Numbered from the whole stretch's first letter, positions 23,216 to 36,661 are shown. The stretch is 60,550 bases of DNA, filler included, from Sphacelaria rigidula (GCA_964200075.2; 10 parts of 10 records of this genome joined end to end with filler, not necessarily neighbours in it); one strand, 5' to 3'. The notes: a model not told the origin generated them from the sequence alone. Program-made: numbers and translations.

Positions 23216-24160
23216 GTCACTACCGTTGAACAACACGGTAGAACAACAACGACCGAATCTCAAGGAGGCTCAGGAGCTATTTGCTCAACGCCATCAGCGA
23301 AGAGACGAGATGAGACCGGCTAAAAACGCCGGAACAACTCGCCAGTCGGCAGGATCGCAAGCTCAGGTAGGAGATTTGACGCTTGTCGAAGAGTCCGACA
23401 TATCCCCTTTGAACGAAGATGTACCGGCCAAGTTAATCCACGACTTGTGAACAGGACCATGGACGGGGCAGCAAGAAGTGGTGACATCGGGCCTCAGCCT
23501 CAAGGTCAAGATGCACGGACGCAAAGTACGCGAGCGAGCGGTTTCCGCGGCCAACGTGAAGAAGTTTCATGTTCTCCTAGAGTATCTACGGCACTCATTT
23601 CTAGACGAGTACTCGCACTTGGCTTGGGGGGCTGATTTCAGATTGACCGAGGACATTACATCCGCGCCAACACCGTATACCCTGATGTATAGGAACGTAT
23701 AGTAGTCAGCATCAGATTTTTTCAGAATTCGTATTTGTCCTTTTTTCTGAGCTTTTCTGGAGTACCGTTCTTCACTACTACTTGAAAGTGCTAGTGCCCG
23801 CGCTCAAACTGCAGTGCTCACGTTGGTGTTTTTGGGCGATACGGACTTGATACTCCGTGTTATTGTCCGTTTTTGGTCCACTATAAGCAGTTTTTCCGCT
23901 CTTCAGCGACAAAACGGTAATTATTCAGATAAATTAATTAGTATAACATTCTTCACAATAACGATCGAGATCGTGTTGCCCTCCTATACTGCACAGACCT
24001 CAGTCTAGCATTTTCTGAGGATGCCCTACTTTCGGGATTTTTTCGCATAAATGTTTCCATGAGCACTCGAAAGTGCTAGCGTCGATAGTTTTGGCAAAAT
24101 AAGCAAACCGTGCTAAAATCACAATCGCCCAAGTTGGTGTTGTGGGGATGATACCGGGTA

Positions 24161-24260
24161 NNNNNNNNNNNNNNNNNNNNNNNNNNNNNNNNNNNNNNNN
24201 NNNNTTAATTAATTAANNNNNNNNNNNNNNNNNNNNNNNNNNNNNNNNNNNNNNNNNNNN
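24161..24260. other. Artificial contig spacer
   Basis: 44 N + TTAATTAATTAA + 44 N. Confidence 0.99.
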
Positions 24261-26402
24261 CACTTGTTGTAATCCTCCGGGTTCTCATCCTCAATGAAAA
24301 GCACCATCCTCAACATAGATGATCGGCTGTTACATGCCCCTCCTTCACGCGACAGATGATTCCTCACTAGTGACGAATGTCACGAAGCCGAAACTCTACA
24401 GGCAGGTACTACTAGACACTAGCCGTAGTTCACGCCCTGACAGACTTCAATTGAGTGTAGAAACAGTGCGATATCTGCAGCAGATGATCTTCACTTCACC
24501 CCAACTTTCAATTTTTAGACAAGAGTGTTGGCCGCCAAGAAGTGGAGGACTGGTATGTACACGTTTTATCTACACAGAGCAATTTGATGTGTGTCGATAG
24601 CTGCCGTGTGCGTCGAGATATTGCCATCTCGGTGAGGGGTGTTACAGCATGTGAGGTGCGGCGTGAAAACCCATCGGATCACAACAAGTGATATTCACAT
24701 TGAACAGGTAGTAATTGCGCCACGTGCACCTGGTTTGTTGCGTGGGGATTATTTTCTCCCGCAAACATGCAACAATTAAGATTGCCCGCCAGTGGGAAAG
24801 ATGTTCCAGACATGTGCTTGTCATTGTCGCCGGGGCGGCGCATGAAGCGTGCTTACGGGATCGCCGCGCAAGGTATAAACGCACCTCACGGTCTGCTGAT
24901 TCCTTGTGTCGTCAGTGATACGGTAAGATGTCGGAAACAAAAGAGAGATACCGCGGAAACGGCGTCAGGGTTTGGTTCGAAGCATAGGTAGTCACATCGA
25001 CTGTCCGGTGTGATGGGGACCGAAGACTGGTGAGCAATAATGAAGGGTGAGGGACGAAGAGAACATCATCTGATGTTCCTACAGCGTGCAGCACTTACTT
25101 GGAACCACTGTTCTGCGACATGGAGGGTGGCTTTACGTGTTCCATTTTTATCACGCCCCCCCCCCCCCCCCCCCCATCACCACAGAACATAATATACACA
25201 TATAGGACCCCAAAAATTCGGTTATCGGATTTCAATTGTGTATGGTATGCAGAAATTGGTAATCGCTATCGGTACGTGAAGAAATGCAGGCATATTTCGA
25301 AAAAATGGTCCACACATCTGAAAATTGTGATGAACCGGCTTATCGTCGTCAATGAAAACCGTTGTCCTCAAATTTCACGATCGGTTGTTATCAATCACAC
25401 CAGATATTCGTGGCGGTTCGCCGGCTGTGCAGAGCGCTATGAACGCCGCCCCACGACTGGAGTCCACGCGCGTGCGGTGGTCGTGTTGCACAGTATTCCA
25501 TAAGGTTCTCTGCAACACCACGCCTTGATAATTATTTTCGTTTTATTAGTCGTTCGTTCCATTGGTATCACGCATTTTCTTGAGATGCAACAGGCGATTC
25601 GCCCAAGGGTGAAGCCGGACGACCCACCGTAGACGTCTGCACACAAGGGCGCACTGCATCAAGCACCCTACAACTTCCCCATCAACCCTACGCACGGATT
25701 ATAACTTTTGTCTGCAGAAGATAACTCCCACGGTTACTTATATACCTACGCAACTCATCTGCAAGAAACATGTCCATGACTTTCGCTATAGGTGCAATCA
25801 AAACTCGAATTCGTCGTCGTGATCTTTACCTGCTTCCGATGCCGAATCCACCACCTCTGAGTCGCTACACTCGGAGTCTGAATCTCCAAGCCAGATCCCG
25901 GCTGAATGCTTCGATCCGCCCTCTGTGGGACCATCTAGACCGCCGTCGCAACAACTGCGACTGGTAGGATCTGGTCCCGGATCCGATTCCCCTCCCGCTA
26001 CCCTCGCCATCCTCCCGCCATCTCGTCGGAAGCACTCCTCACCACGACAACTATCAACACCTGCCCCCGGGGCGTTCCTCGCTCCATTCGCCTGCCCCCC
26101 GCCACGCAACGCCGCTGACCCGCCCCTTCCATGGTTCGCCGCTGACCCGACCCTTCCACGGTTCGCCATGGATCCGCCCCTCCCCTTACGACGTCGGCGG
26201 CATGTATCGACATATCCTCCGGCGGAATCACCTGTAGCAGTAGCATCGGTCGCTGGGGCAGGGGGTGGGGGGAAAAAGCAGCGGCCCTGGCAACCGCAGC
26301 TCAGCGTACAAGTCCCCAAACATCTGCAATCTCGGCACTGGTGACCTCTTTGCGCCGCCCTTTCCGGCTTGCACGCGCATCTCAGGGTTCGCACGATCAG
26401 GG

Positions 26403-29400
26403 TTAGGGGTCGTACATGGCCACGATTTTACCCCACATTGCTTTGAAGAACACGCTGATGGTATGGTGTGCCACCCGATAGTTGCTAGCCTCCGATGCTT
26501 TGGTTCCGTCTACGCCAAGTGCCTCTGCGATGAACTCTATCCCTGCCCCCCAAAACAGGTTCATGATGGCCTTCGCCATGTGGTACAGAAGGTACCAGTC
26601 ACCCACGTATATTCTGAGCCAGTGATAGTGGCCGGGGCTACTCCGAATCAGATGATACATGAAGCGAAATGCTTCCTCATCGCCGGCAACCATGCATGCC
26701 GCCGCCGCGCCCCTCTCGTCCACGTGGTGTACATCAGCAAGAAAGTCGATGGCGGCCTTCGAGTCGGACCAACTCTTCGTGGTGCCCAGTTGCATGAAGA
26801 GGTACTTGAACACCTGCGGCTCCCTCTGCATCATCGGTATCACCTAGTGGGGGAAGTCAAGAATGAGATCACACGAGCGCGGATGATGCAGGGTATACAC
26901 TCCGTTAGGCATTCGTCCACCCTCACACCTTTAATCCATGCAATTCTGCGAGGTGCGCACGTCGTACCATGGAATACCTCCCGCTACGCGCGACTTTAAA
27001 TGTTGCATCGGAAACAGGAGAAGCACTCGTGCATTCCCTGAAATGTTTACACAGACTCTTCTTCTCCTAATTTCTTGCTCGTGAATTGTTCACGATGAAG
27101 TCTCAGTACCGGGTAGAAAACGCACAAACGACATATCTAGGGATTTCGAATCCGCACCTTGCCAACCTACTCGGTACGAGCAAATACAGTTGGATTACCC
27201 GTGCGCGGCATCCGCGCGATATTATCTCATTACCTAACCCTGACCCTAGCTCAAGTGCAAACAGCCTGATGTTGATGACAGCTCAGCTCCAATATCCAAA
27301 TATTATCATGTCAGACGCAACACTGCGCCTCACGCACAGGTGCGTGATCTCGCCATCTTTTGACACTAATATCCGGACCAACTACTGAGTACCCCAAAAT
27401 TGCCAACTCTGTTCATCTGTCTGAGTTCGATCTCCAAGCACGTTTCGATGTGGCCACCTTCACCTGCGATCCTCGCCACCGCGCAACGGAATGCTGCATC
27501 GTGGAATACGGAGAGGAAACGCTCCCATCGCTGACCGTCCCTGTGCCACGAGGGTCCCGTCGTGATATCCGCGGCCACCAGATCACCTTGCCGGCGGTGC
27601 GCGTGCATGAGCGATAGATGCCCAGGCAGATTCTCCACAGCCACACGAATTGCCGCTATAGCACTTACATGTGCCCCGAGCCCCGTGACGCTCGTCGTCG
27701 GCCGAAAATCGCAGTTGTACCAAGGAATCGCAGCAACCCGTAATGCGAGGGCCATGACATGTCTGTCCACCCTCCACTTTACGTAGAACCGTTCTCGCTC
27801 GTACCGCATCGACTCTGTCATGCAGAATCCATGGGCGGCGACGTAGTCGATGACAGCCACGGGTGTGCCGTGCGTTTTCAACACCTGCGCTAGATGGAAG
27901 ACGTGCATTGCTCGGAAACCTCGGCCTAAAATAGTTTTGACGAGGTTTTGCACGAGCATGTACAGTCTCCCAATCCAACTCTTCCTCTTCCTCATCTTTT
28001 TGCGCAGCGCCTTTTCCCGCGCGGTCGATTCGTGTGTCCCTGCGCTGGCGAGGAACATCGGCGATCCCCCTTGAGCTGCGCCCCCGTGATTCTATTGCGC
28101 CGTTCCACCACCACACCTGCTTGCGGTGCGCATCAAACCCGCCCCGCCATCCCGCGCCGCCGACATGTCGACATCATCCGCCCCAGCGGTGCGAGGCGCA
28201 TGAATAGAATTCCCTCGCCTACCGCTCCTTGCTTCATCCACTGTCGAAAAAAGCAAGTCCGGATCATCACTCGACACTTGCAAATGGCACAGACTGCTCA
28301 GCAATGCCCACAGTGCCGGCGGCGTATTTCTGGTCCCTATCCCTCGATACGTTCCTCAGTTCGTGTGCACTTTCTATGTCCACCCTGACGATAGACCCAG
28401 CCGCTATGACCACGGCCCGTTTATCCTCCTCCGAACCGGCAGCTGTCACCCGCTGGAGTGCGTTTTCAATAGGCTGACCAGTCTCCATCTCGGCGGTGAC
28501 GCGGGAGACAGAACGCTCCAACTCTCGTACCCTCGTACGCATGTTGCGAAGTTCAACGTCGGCTGCAATGACTACCTCGGGCGCCACCACGGGAGGAACG
28601 AGATAGATGAACTTGCGTCGCCCATTGCATACAGCCGCATCAACCCCGCTTATCTTCTCAAGCTTGGCGTCAACTGCGCCGTCCGCGGCCACCACATCGA
28701 CAATTCTCAGCGCTTGCTCCCTGATGCGCATATCAAGAACAGCCCGGGCGTTCACTGCGGTTCTGGCTTTGGTCAGCCAGGATTGAACATCCTCCAGTTC
28801 CACTGAACGCCCCTCTTCAACGGTCGCAATCACTTTTTGGCGTACCTCTGCAACAAAGTCCGGCTCGGCAGGGGTAGGGAGGGGTCTTAAACCGACAGTC
28901 ACGGGTGTGCAGCTAACCGGAGGGAGGGAATTTGCCTCCCGTCTAGTACTCGTTATCCTGTATCGCTCGATGGAGCGCCAAAAACAATCAGGCCGGCTTC
29001 ACAAGCAATCTGAACTCGGTTGACAGTTCTTCACAAGCGCAGCCGGGCGTACACCATCATCATCCGTACACGACTCCAGAAATTGCCGAGCCTCCGTGAT
29101 TCGCGCCGCGCCAAGATGACGCCAGGCATTGCCTTCCCCGGGCCCTGGTCGATGGCAGGCGAAGCACAGCCGCGATGCCGGGCCGTGTATCTGGCCGCAA
29201 GAAGAGCACGTGTTGCATTCGTCGTCGAAGACGGGGAACTGCATGCCACACACATCACGACTGCAAACCCGCTTACGTCCTTTCCCCCTCCTCATACCAC
29301 TAACGAGGGTAGACCCTGCCGGCGCAGCACGCACCCTCCTGCAGCTATCACGATTCCCAGGGAGACCTCGAGAACTACTGCGTCGCGTCGTCAATTTCCC

Positions 29401-29718
29401 TCTTTCACCGCGCGCGCGATGTTCTCTTCCGCCTCGATGCACGTATGCCAGCATGTGGTGATGTGCCTCTGCCGGACTTGGGCGGTGTACGTCTTTTCTT
29501 GGCCTTGGCCGATGGAGTTGAATTTTGTAACTCCGGGACTTTACCACCGGCAGCTCTCCCGATTTTGCGGGGGGTGTTACCCATTTCCTTGAGAGGTACT
29601 GTCGGCGGATGCCGTGGTAACACCTCCCGTACATTGTTTTCTGACGCCGAGGTGATGGAGATTTCACAAGTCGCGCCTTTCCCGGCCGATCGAAATTTGA
29701 ATTTACTGCATTCTGCAC
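26403..29718 (-). pseudogene. Fragmented large ORF: Cys-rich N-terminal region, coiled-coil and DUF6589-like C-terminal domain (probable DNA-transposon protein relic)
   Basis: Collinear minus-strand ORF pieces 28999-29718, 28267-28902, 27366-28058 and 26403-26843. Motifs WYNCDF, VAGDEEAF and W...VGDWYLLYHMAKAI...FWGAG resemble DUF6589. Assignment by eye. Confidence 0.5.
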
Positions 29719-30225
29719 TCGAATGGTTATTGCACCCCTCCAACCCCTGCTTTTCTACAGATGCACCATCACTGGACGCAAAGGACGCCCCCGGCGCACT
29801 GAACAGCACCGTCGCTGTATTTTTTCTTTAGGGACGGAGGCTCAGCCACTTTTGCGGTTTGAAGCGTTCGCCGGTGAGACCCTCGGCGATGTCCCTCACA
29901 TTTTCCACCGGTGCTACACATTCGGAGTGCGTCAGGGGAGATCTGCTTTCAACCGCGGGTGTGGCATGTGTCGGTCGGGATAGAGGCGACAGTGGTGCAA
30001 ACACTGCATTACCTGCCCGGAATAAACGGGAAAACGAAATATTGACACAACGTATTAGTTGTGCAGTCTTCTTTACTTTTTGGATTGTAAGGGCCCGTTT
30101 TATCGAGTCCAAAAATATGGGAGCGCGACGTGATACTGATCGTGATTATGATTCTTTTTTCTTTTCCATGATTCCGATTGGTTGTGAGTTGATGCCACAT
30201 TCTCACCTCTCCCAAAATTAATCTT

Positions 30226-30325
30226 NNNNNNNNNNNNNNNNNNNNNNNNNNNNNNNNNNNNNNNNNNNNTTAATTAATTAANNNNNNNNNNNNNNNNNNN
30301 NNNNNNNNNNNNNNNNNNNNNNNNN
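30226..30325. other. Artificial contig spacer
   Basis: 44 N + TTAATTAATTAA + 44 N. Confidence 0.99.
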
Positions 30326-30999
30326 AGGCCAAATTTCGCCGAGGTGTACCTGATCTAGGCATTATTTTTCAATCGTACCTGATCTGGGCCACCGATCGGC
30401 CGAGAACGTACCTGTGCTAGGCCATCGCTCTCTAAACTGTACCTGATGCGGCACATCGCGCGCAAGGGAGTCTACGCGCCAACTCCAACCATGGCGCTCA
30501 CACCTGCGGCTCTTTTCCCGCTCATTTGCTGTTCACGGACGGCACAACGACCACGCCCCCTTCTCCCCGGAAATGGTTCTCAAGTCTCTCCGCTATTACT
30601 GTTGTGTCTCTAGCTCTCTATGCGTGACAGCCAGTACTGTATCCGTTGCTTGAACCAACCATCGATGACGCGAAAATGGCCCGTTGGTGGCGGAAGAGCC
30701 TAGCTTGACACAGACACCAGCCCCGAGATAACAAGAGTACAACAGTGTTCCGCAACACACCGGATCACAAGAGACCGACGCACTGTAAGTTGTGGGTCCA
30801 CATGTTGTGTCGATAGACATGATGGGTGTGTTGACGCTTAGACCGCGAGGGTAGTTCATCTGGATCATGCATACTTTTTTCAAGTGAAGTTGATGCCGAT
30901 TCAACAGATGACCTTTTCTCGTCATCTAAAGGTTTGAACGACGTCTGTTCAGCCATGGAGGTGGGGAGCCGGCGTGGCCGACCTCCCCCCCCCCCCAAC

Positions 31000-31170
31000 C
31001 TCCGTCTCGAAAGGGATGCGTGGTCAATGGTCAAACGACTAAGGCAAGCAACAAATGAGTACGCCCCAACCCTGGTGCGGTGAAAACCCCGCGTGCTCCA
31101 TTACGGCCTTACATGGATGCGCGGGTAACATTTTCATGACTACAATATGCATCGTGAGCATACCCCCCCC
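31000..31170 (-). repeat. Two adjacent family C repeats (one of each subfamily)
   Basis: 31000-31067 is the reverse complement of the family C consensus. 31075-31170 resembles the variant at 42456 and 54586. Confidence 0.8.
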
Positions 31171-31211
31171 TTGCCCCCGCCCCCCATCCCTATATCTTTT
31201 TCTCCGTGTAG

Positions 31212-31388
31212 GTGGCTGATCAACGCGCGTCCAACCTGAATCGTCTGCTGGCTGAGGCCGACAATGCCAAGATCGAAGCATGGTGCTTCAATGTGCTGCT
31301 CAGAGCCGAAACCGCCGCCATTCCTCGCAGACTCGAAGACGCAAAAAACGGGGCGGCGGCCGAGGCGGAGGCGGAGGAACTTCTACAG
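31212..31388 (+). CDS. Probable exon of Ala/Glu-rich coiled-coil protein (VADQRASNLNRLL...AEELLQ)
   Basis: Pyrimidine tract + TAG acceptor, CAG|GTGTGT donor, 177 bp open in phase 0. Confidence 0.6.
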
Positions 31389-32279
31389 GTGTGTCGCAAT
31401 GAAACTACATGGATGACCCGACACAGAATGTGTCGTGCTGTTATGTACCTGTCGACAGGGTCCCCATGAGGGGCGGTCATCATGTGGGTTGGGCGGCCGA
31501 CCGAGCTACCGCTGTGTTTTACGCCTGTAGTAAGCACTGTTTTGGACGGTACTGCTGCGTTGGTACGGGCGTTTGAATACGGCGCCACTTTGAGCAAAAG
31601 TTCGTCCCCGCGTCCGGAGGGAAACGCCTGGGACTCTTAGCCCCCCCCCCCAAAAATATATATATCCGAAATATCATACTTCAAGCTGAAAGCGAGCATA
31701 TTTTTCAATCATGGATTTTGGCGACCAACACGCGTGAACTCCACAGGAGGAAATTCGCTTTTGCCCGGCAAAAGGTTTTCTTGTTGCCCGGCTGCATTTT
31801 GTGTGTGTGTGGGGGGGGGGGGCGGGGCGGGGCGGGGGCATCTAGCGTGCATGCCATCGCGCACGATCACGGGGCCAGGGTTTGTTTTTCCCTGGCACAG
31901 CGAAGATATCACATAAAGTATTGTCTTGCCGAGCAGCTGAGCACCCGCTCGGAAGAACAAACGGATGGGAGGGGACCCAGCACTGTGGGCACAGGTAAAA
32001 TATCACCTCGAGCACATGGCGTTCTCGAGCTTTAACCACCGCAAGTTGTTGAACATCAAATGAAGTAGACAAAAAACGAAATGTCAACATATAAGAAAAG
32101 GTCCATAACAAGCTGAGAATAGCCTCGATGGTTTCCAGCTCCCGGAACTGTGCGGTCAGCCAGCGAGAAATCGCCGACTAGGGGAAGGGGGTGGGGGAGG
32201 GGGGTCATTCTCTAGTCGAAACGCTGCCGTGATGTTACTAGCTTCCTGTCCCCCACGCGACTGCAGTTTCGACAACGAA

Positions 32280-32430
32280 CGTGGCTCGTTTCACGACGTT
32301 GACGACTCTCACTCCACTTCTTTCACAACTCTCGTTTCACCACATGCACTACTCTCGTTTCACTACTTTGACTACTCTCATTTCACTATTTTCACTAGTT
32401 CTCGTTTCACGACGTTCACTACTCTTATTA
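32280..32430. repeat. Degenerate minisatellite (CTCGTTTCAC...ACT units)
   Basis: CTCGTTTCAC / CTCATTTCAC recurs about six times at ~22-25 nt spacing. Confidence 0.7.
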
Positions 32431-33083
32431 TTCGGTGAGGGGGCGGGTCATGCCGTGGTTCTTCCGCAGATGTAGCGCCAGCAGGAGTGTCGACGCACGC
32501 TTTGCCAAGGGCTCCGGGCATCCCCCGCGTCCGAGGGTTCGCGGTCTCTGACGTGAGCTCGGGTTTGGGGTTGGTGTTAGCCTCAGGATTTGGCGAGAAC
32601 AAAGTAGGTTCAGCCATGGATTTGGGATCCCGAGGTGGCGGGAACCCCCGTCAAATGTTTGCTGAACTTGGTTTGAGTCTCAGTATTTTTTTTCTTCTCT
32701 CCCTTACTTGGAAGTTGCATCAAATTGTTTATGATGGCGTCGCCTGCGACGGAGTTATAAACCTATGATATGGCGTGTTTCTTTTGTGGCGTACGTGAAA
32801 CGCCGAGAACTCGGTGGTATTTTGCAGAGTTCGAGTGACGTCTCGGTACGTGTGGAATTGACGTGGCATGTGACCGGCGTTTGCCAATCAATCGTTGGCG
32901 AATCAATCAACTGTCCGAGATGGTTCGGCGGTGCGTTTGCCGCTGCACTTCCGATTTTTGCTTGTGTAAGAAATATATATGTTTTTCGTGGCATGTGTGG
33001 TGGGTGTGCGGGTGCTTTGCACGTATCGTTTTTGGTGACATGTCGTATTTTGTCCATGTTCTCTTTTTGTGTGTGTGTCGGAA

Positions 33084-33143
33084 GTGGGAAGGCAGAAAGG
33101 TGGAAAGGTGGAAAGGTGGGAAGGTGGAAAGGTGGAAAGGTGG
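33084..33143. repeat. Octamer tandem repeat (GGTGGAAA)n
   Basis: About seven direct units. Confidence 0.9.
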
Positions 33144-33547
33144 TGTTCTTTCCTTCTTTTTCTAAGAGTTGGTAGATTACATGCCCGTACCAATACCTAC
33201 ACAGGGTGTGGACCTTGACTGAAGGGTATGCAGCAGAGTTTACTCAAGTTGATATTGCAAAGTTCCATGGTTGAACGGATACTCGGTTCCAGTATAGAGC
33301 ATGGCATTTGTAGTCTAGGAGTGAGGGCAGTTCCAGGTGCTCGCCAGCATGCATATGGCGCTTTTTTTGCTCAACACAGCGCTCAGATCTCCGCGAACGC
33401 ACACGTGGTGTAGGGCATCATCCTCTGCCCCCCTACCCCCTCCCCTCCTCGTCTCCTCCCCGTGCTCGAGGATTCTCGACGTGCCTCGGGATAGAGTTAG
33501 GTTGAAGGTTAGGGTTCACCCAAAATCAATTTTGCGTGTGTCAACCA

Positions 33548-33816
33548 CGGATATCTCTTTACTTCTTGTTATTTTGACAACTTTAATTTTTCCTCTTTGT
33601 ATCTTAGCTTCTTGGTTTTCAATTAAAAAAAAACTTGATAATCTTAATTTTGGTTTTTACTTGTTTAGATCTATTCATTTAAAAATATATTTTGAAGCAG
33701 TCTTAATACCTATGTTTTTAGTTATTGGTATTTGGGGGTCTCGTCAGCGTAAAGTGCGAGCTGCTTATCTTTTCTTTTTATACACTCTTTTAGGCTTATT
33801 GTTTATGCTTGTTAGT
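33548..33816 (+). pseudogene. nad4: NUMT: nuclear copy of a mitochondrial nad4 fragment
   Basis: Sharp AT-rich island encoding ISLLLVILTTLIFPLCILASW...YFEAVLIPMFLVIGIWGSRQRKVRAAYLFFLYTLLG. The middle is scrambled or deleted. Flanks are nuclear-type sequence. Confidence 0.93.
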
Positions 33817-34549
33817 TTCGGCGAATGACCCACGTGAAGATATCCTTGACGATAGTGGTACCCAAACTTGGAGCATACTTCATTTGGGCCACCGTACTTG
33901 GATCCAGAGGTTGTTCCCAGACGGACGCTCACCAATGGCTAGCACTTGCAGCATTGATCCACACATGCTAACCCCCCCCCCCCCATGATTTACGTGGGTT
34001 ACATATATCTCTACCGTTCTTTAATGCTAGGCAGAGGTTCCCCTGTTCCACTGATGAATATGTTTGATGTTTTTTTGGTTTGTTGGCTTTTTTCCATGAG
34101 GTCATGGGAAAAAATAATGGAGCACATGGAAAAATCACCAAACGGAGTTCGATTCGATTTTAAAATGATCTAATCTGCCGTCACAAACGAGAGGCTGCTG
34201 CGTCGAGGGCCGCCAATCGAATCCTGTCTGCTCATGTCGGTTGTCGATTATGTCCTCAGTCGGTGGCTCTGCGGTGCCTACTGGTGTGTGTCTGTATTTA
34301 CTCTGCTGCCTTGGATCCCTTGAGCTTTTTTTGTTTTTTTTGTTTTTAGATCGGCTACTTCTTTCTGTGCTTTGCTTTCGTTGACTTTTTATTTTTTTAA
34401 TTTCTTCACTTCTTAGTCTGCTATGTCGTTCTGTTCGACTTTTTCTGTTCCTTCTTTTCTTCGCCGAGTGTTGAAGTTTTGTTTTTCTTGGGTACGTCTA
34501 TCATGTGATCACGGCTGGATCATGACTGGGGGGTCACTTGAAGTACGGC

Positions 34550-34609
34550 AACCAATCAACCAATCAACCAACCAACAAACTAATCAATCAATCAATCAAT
34601 CAATCTAAT
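34550..34609. repeat. (CAAT/CAAC)n microsatellite
   Basis: Direct tetranucleotide units. Confidence 0.9.
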
Positions 34610-34636
34610 CTCGTGAGACGACGAAATTTCTTCTAG

Positions 34637-34732
34637 GCGGACTTCCAAAGGCCTACTGAGGAAAAAGTGAGCCTTCTGGCGGCCAGGGTAGAGGCGAAGA
34701 AGGCAGCCGCCGAGCGAAGAGCCGCGGCCAAG
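34637..34732 (+). CDS. Probable exon of Ala/Lys/Glu-rich coiled-coil protein (ADFQRPTEEKV...ERRAAAK)
   Basis: TTCTTCTAG acceptor, AAG|GTTTGT donor, 96 bp, phase 0. Compatible with exon 31212-31388. Confidence 0.55.
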
Positions 34733-36173
34733 GTTTGTTTACTCCTGGATGAATTATGACATTTGAGGGCCATTTTTTTTCCTTCAATTTTTGGTGTCAC
34801 GTCTGTCGATCGTACCGCTATGTTAGTCATCCGGCGTTTCATATGTTTTTGCCTGCTACACCTGCGTTAAAGTGGAGGAAGACTGACCAATGTGCCACTT
34901 CTAATGCCGCTGGAAAGGCTCTTCGTACGTGACTTTCATTTGTTGACCGCTTCGTCTGTTTTTTTGTTTTTGTGTTTGCCTCCTCTTTTTGGTTGTAGTT
35001 TGTCCCCACGCGCATCAGCTTTTCCTGATCGAAACGGCTTACTCGTTCGTTGTGCGCGTTGCAGCGATGGTTTATCATACATATGAAATATGAAGTAACG
35101 ATCAGTTTTCAATACGAAAGACGTCAACGATTGGACAGTGTATGCGCTGCAGTGGACTATGACTTCAGTCTCGCCACTCTTGTCCATTATCCGCGTTGTC
35201 CTCTGAAATGAACGCTCGAATTAACGGCGTCTTTTTTTGCGACTCAAGTTCGCGATCGCCGAATATTGCGATTTTAAATTGGGCTTTTCTGGTGTCCTGT
35301 ACGTGAAGGAATTGATAAGGCCCCCCATCGACGCTCAGGTGGGTTACGACTGATTTTATCATCCGTGCATGAGCCCGTTATAGGAGTCCTTGATGTCCCA
35401 AGAGCACACACCGACCGGCCTTCCACAATTGGACAAGAGTTGTCGTAAGTGTCATCACTCTTCAATTGCAAGGCTGCCAGGCGTGCGATACTGAAAATAA
35501 ATCCCTACCCTTACAGACCATGTATAGTACCCCCTAGGAATGGCATTGTTCAACCTTGGGTGGGCTCAACAGGGAAAGTACGTGCGCCGCCGAAAAACAC
35601 CACGCCCGATACAATATGTCACAGAGTAAAAGAAAGTGTACTGCGTACGGTGTGGAAGCTGTTGCCTGTTGCAATAGACGCAATAGTTGATACTGTGCGC
35701 AGTACGCGTTCTTGACAATGTAATCTGTTGGCATTGTCCAGAGTGTGAACTGTTGTACACCATGCTTCTTCCCAACGACGTCGTGGTCGATTTTCTGTTT
35801 TTCCCCACTTCAATTGATCACCGAAGGGTACCTGTTCCTGGCACCTCTGATTTACTCTGTGGTGTCGTCGAGATGCATGCTTCCTTTTCCCCTCCCTTGA
35901 CTGGAATCTCGAGGTCTGATTTATTTGATAGTGAATGAGGCTGAAGCCGTGATACGATATGACGCCTCCTTATGCATTTTACGAGTTTCGGGCCATTTTC
36001 TGCTCTTGACAGTATGCTACGTTTCTGTTTTCACCCCGTTTGGGGCTATACCTCGTTTTGGAACAAATTATTTTGCCGACGTCTTGTGAACCCTGGTTAA
36101 GCCGACGCTATAGCTGAGCACCTCTTTTCGGTTCGCAAGTACCACTCTCCATTACAGCATACAGTCCAAATTA

Positions 36174-36219
<46 letters not shown>

Positions 36220-36290
36220 ACCCCCCCCCCCCCACCATCGGCTGAAATAGATCAAGAGAAGGCGCACACAAAGGAGGGCCTCACACGAAC

Positions 36291-36390
36291 NNNNNNNNNN
36301 NNNNNNNNNNNNNNNNNNNNNNNNNNNNNNNNNNTTAATTAATTAANNNNNNNNNNNNNNNNNNNNNNNNNNNNNNNNNNNNNNNNNNNN
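36291..36390. other. Artificial contig spacer
   Basis: 44 N + TTAATTAATTAA + 44 N. Confidence 0.99.
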
Positions 36391-36661
36391 ACACAAAACT
36401 ACTCCGGTAAACAACTCACAGAACGTTGGACAACATAACCAATCAAACCCAGAGTTTTCCAACCTGCAAAGCGTTAGATGCGCATCATTTTCCAATACGA
36501 GCGGTAACTTGTCGATTTCTGTTCCGTTCTCCACGGACTGCCTGATGCCAATCCCAGAAACGTTTGGAATTGCTGTTCGACGGTATCTTTGCGTGTTTAG
36601 CCGGACCCGAGGCGACCACCTTCCCTCAGGTCTTAACAGTCGTTTGAATTGGGTGGATGAA

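Larger units (their letters stand above)
18830..23702 (+). mobile_element. Decayed Ty3/Gypsy LTR retrotransposon pol (RT - RNase H - extra domain - integrase); no LTRs seen, boundaries approximate
   Basis: RT-RH-INT order with recognisable motifs, interrupted by many stops and frameshifts. Confidence 0.95.

Noticed and set aside
12131..23702. Copia and Gypsy elements forming a nested or linked cluster
   Set aside because: They are on different contigs separated by an artificial spacer.
33337..33828. Nuclear gene fusion or functional transfer of nad4
   Set aside because: Only a small internal fragment with a disrupted middle. The upstream in-frame part is non-coding repeat sequence.
36175..36233. 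Long poly-C/G tracts (also 42273 and 54419) as G-quadruplex regulatory sites
   Set aside because: They lie at contig ends, where homopolymer length and adjacent sequence are unreliable.
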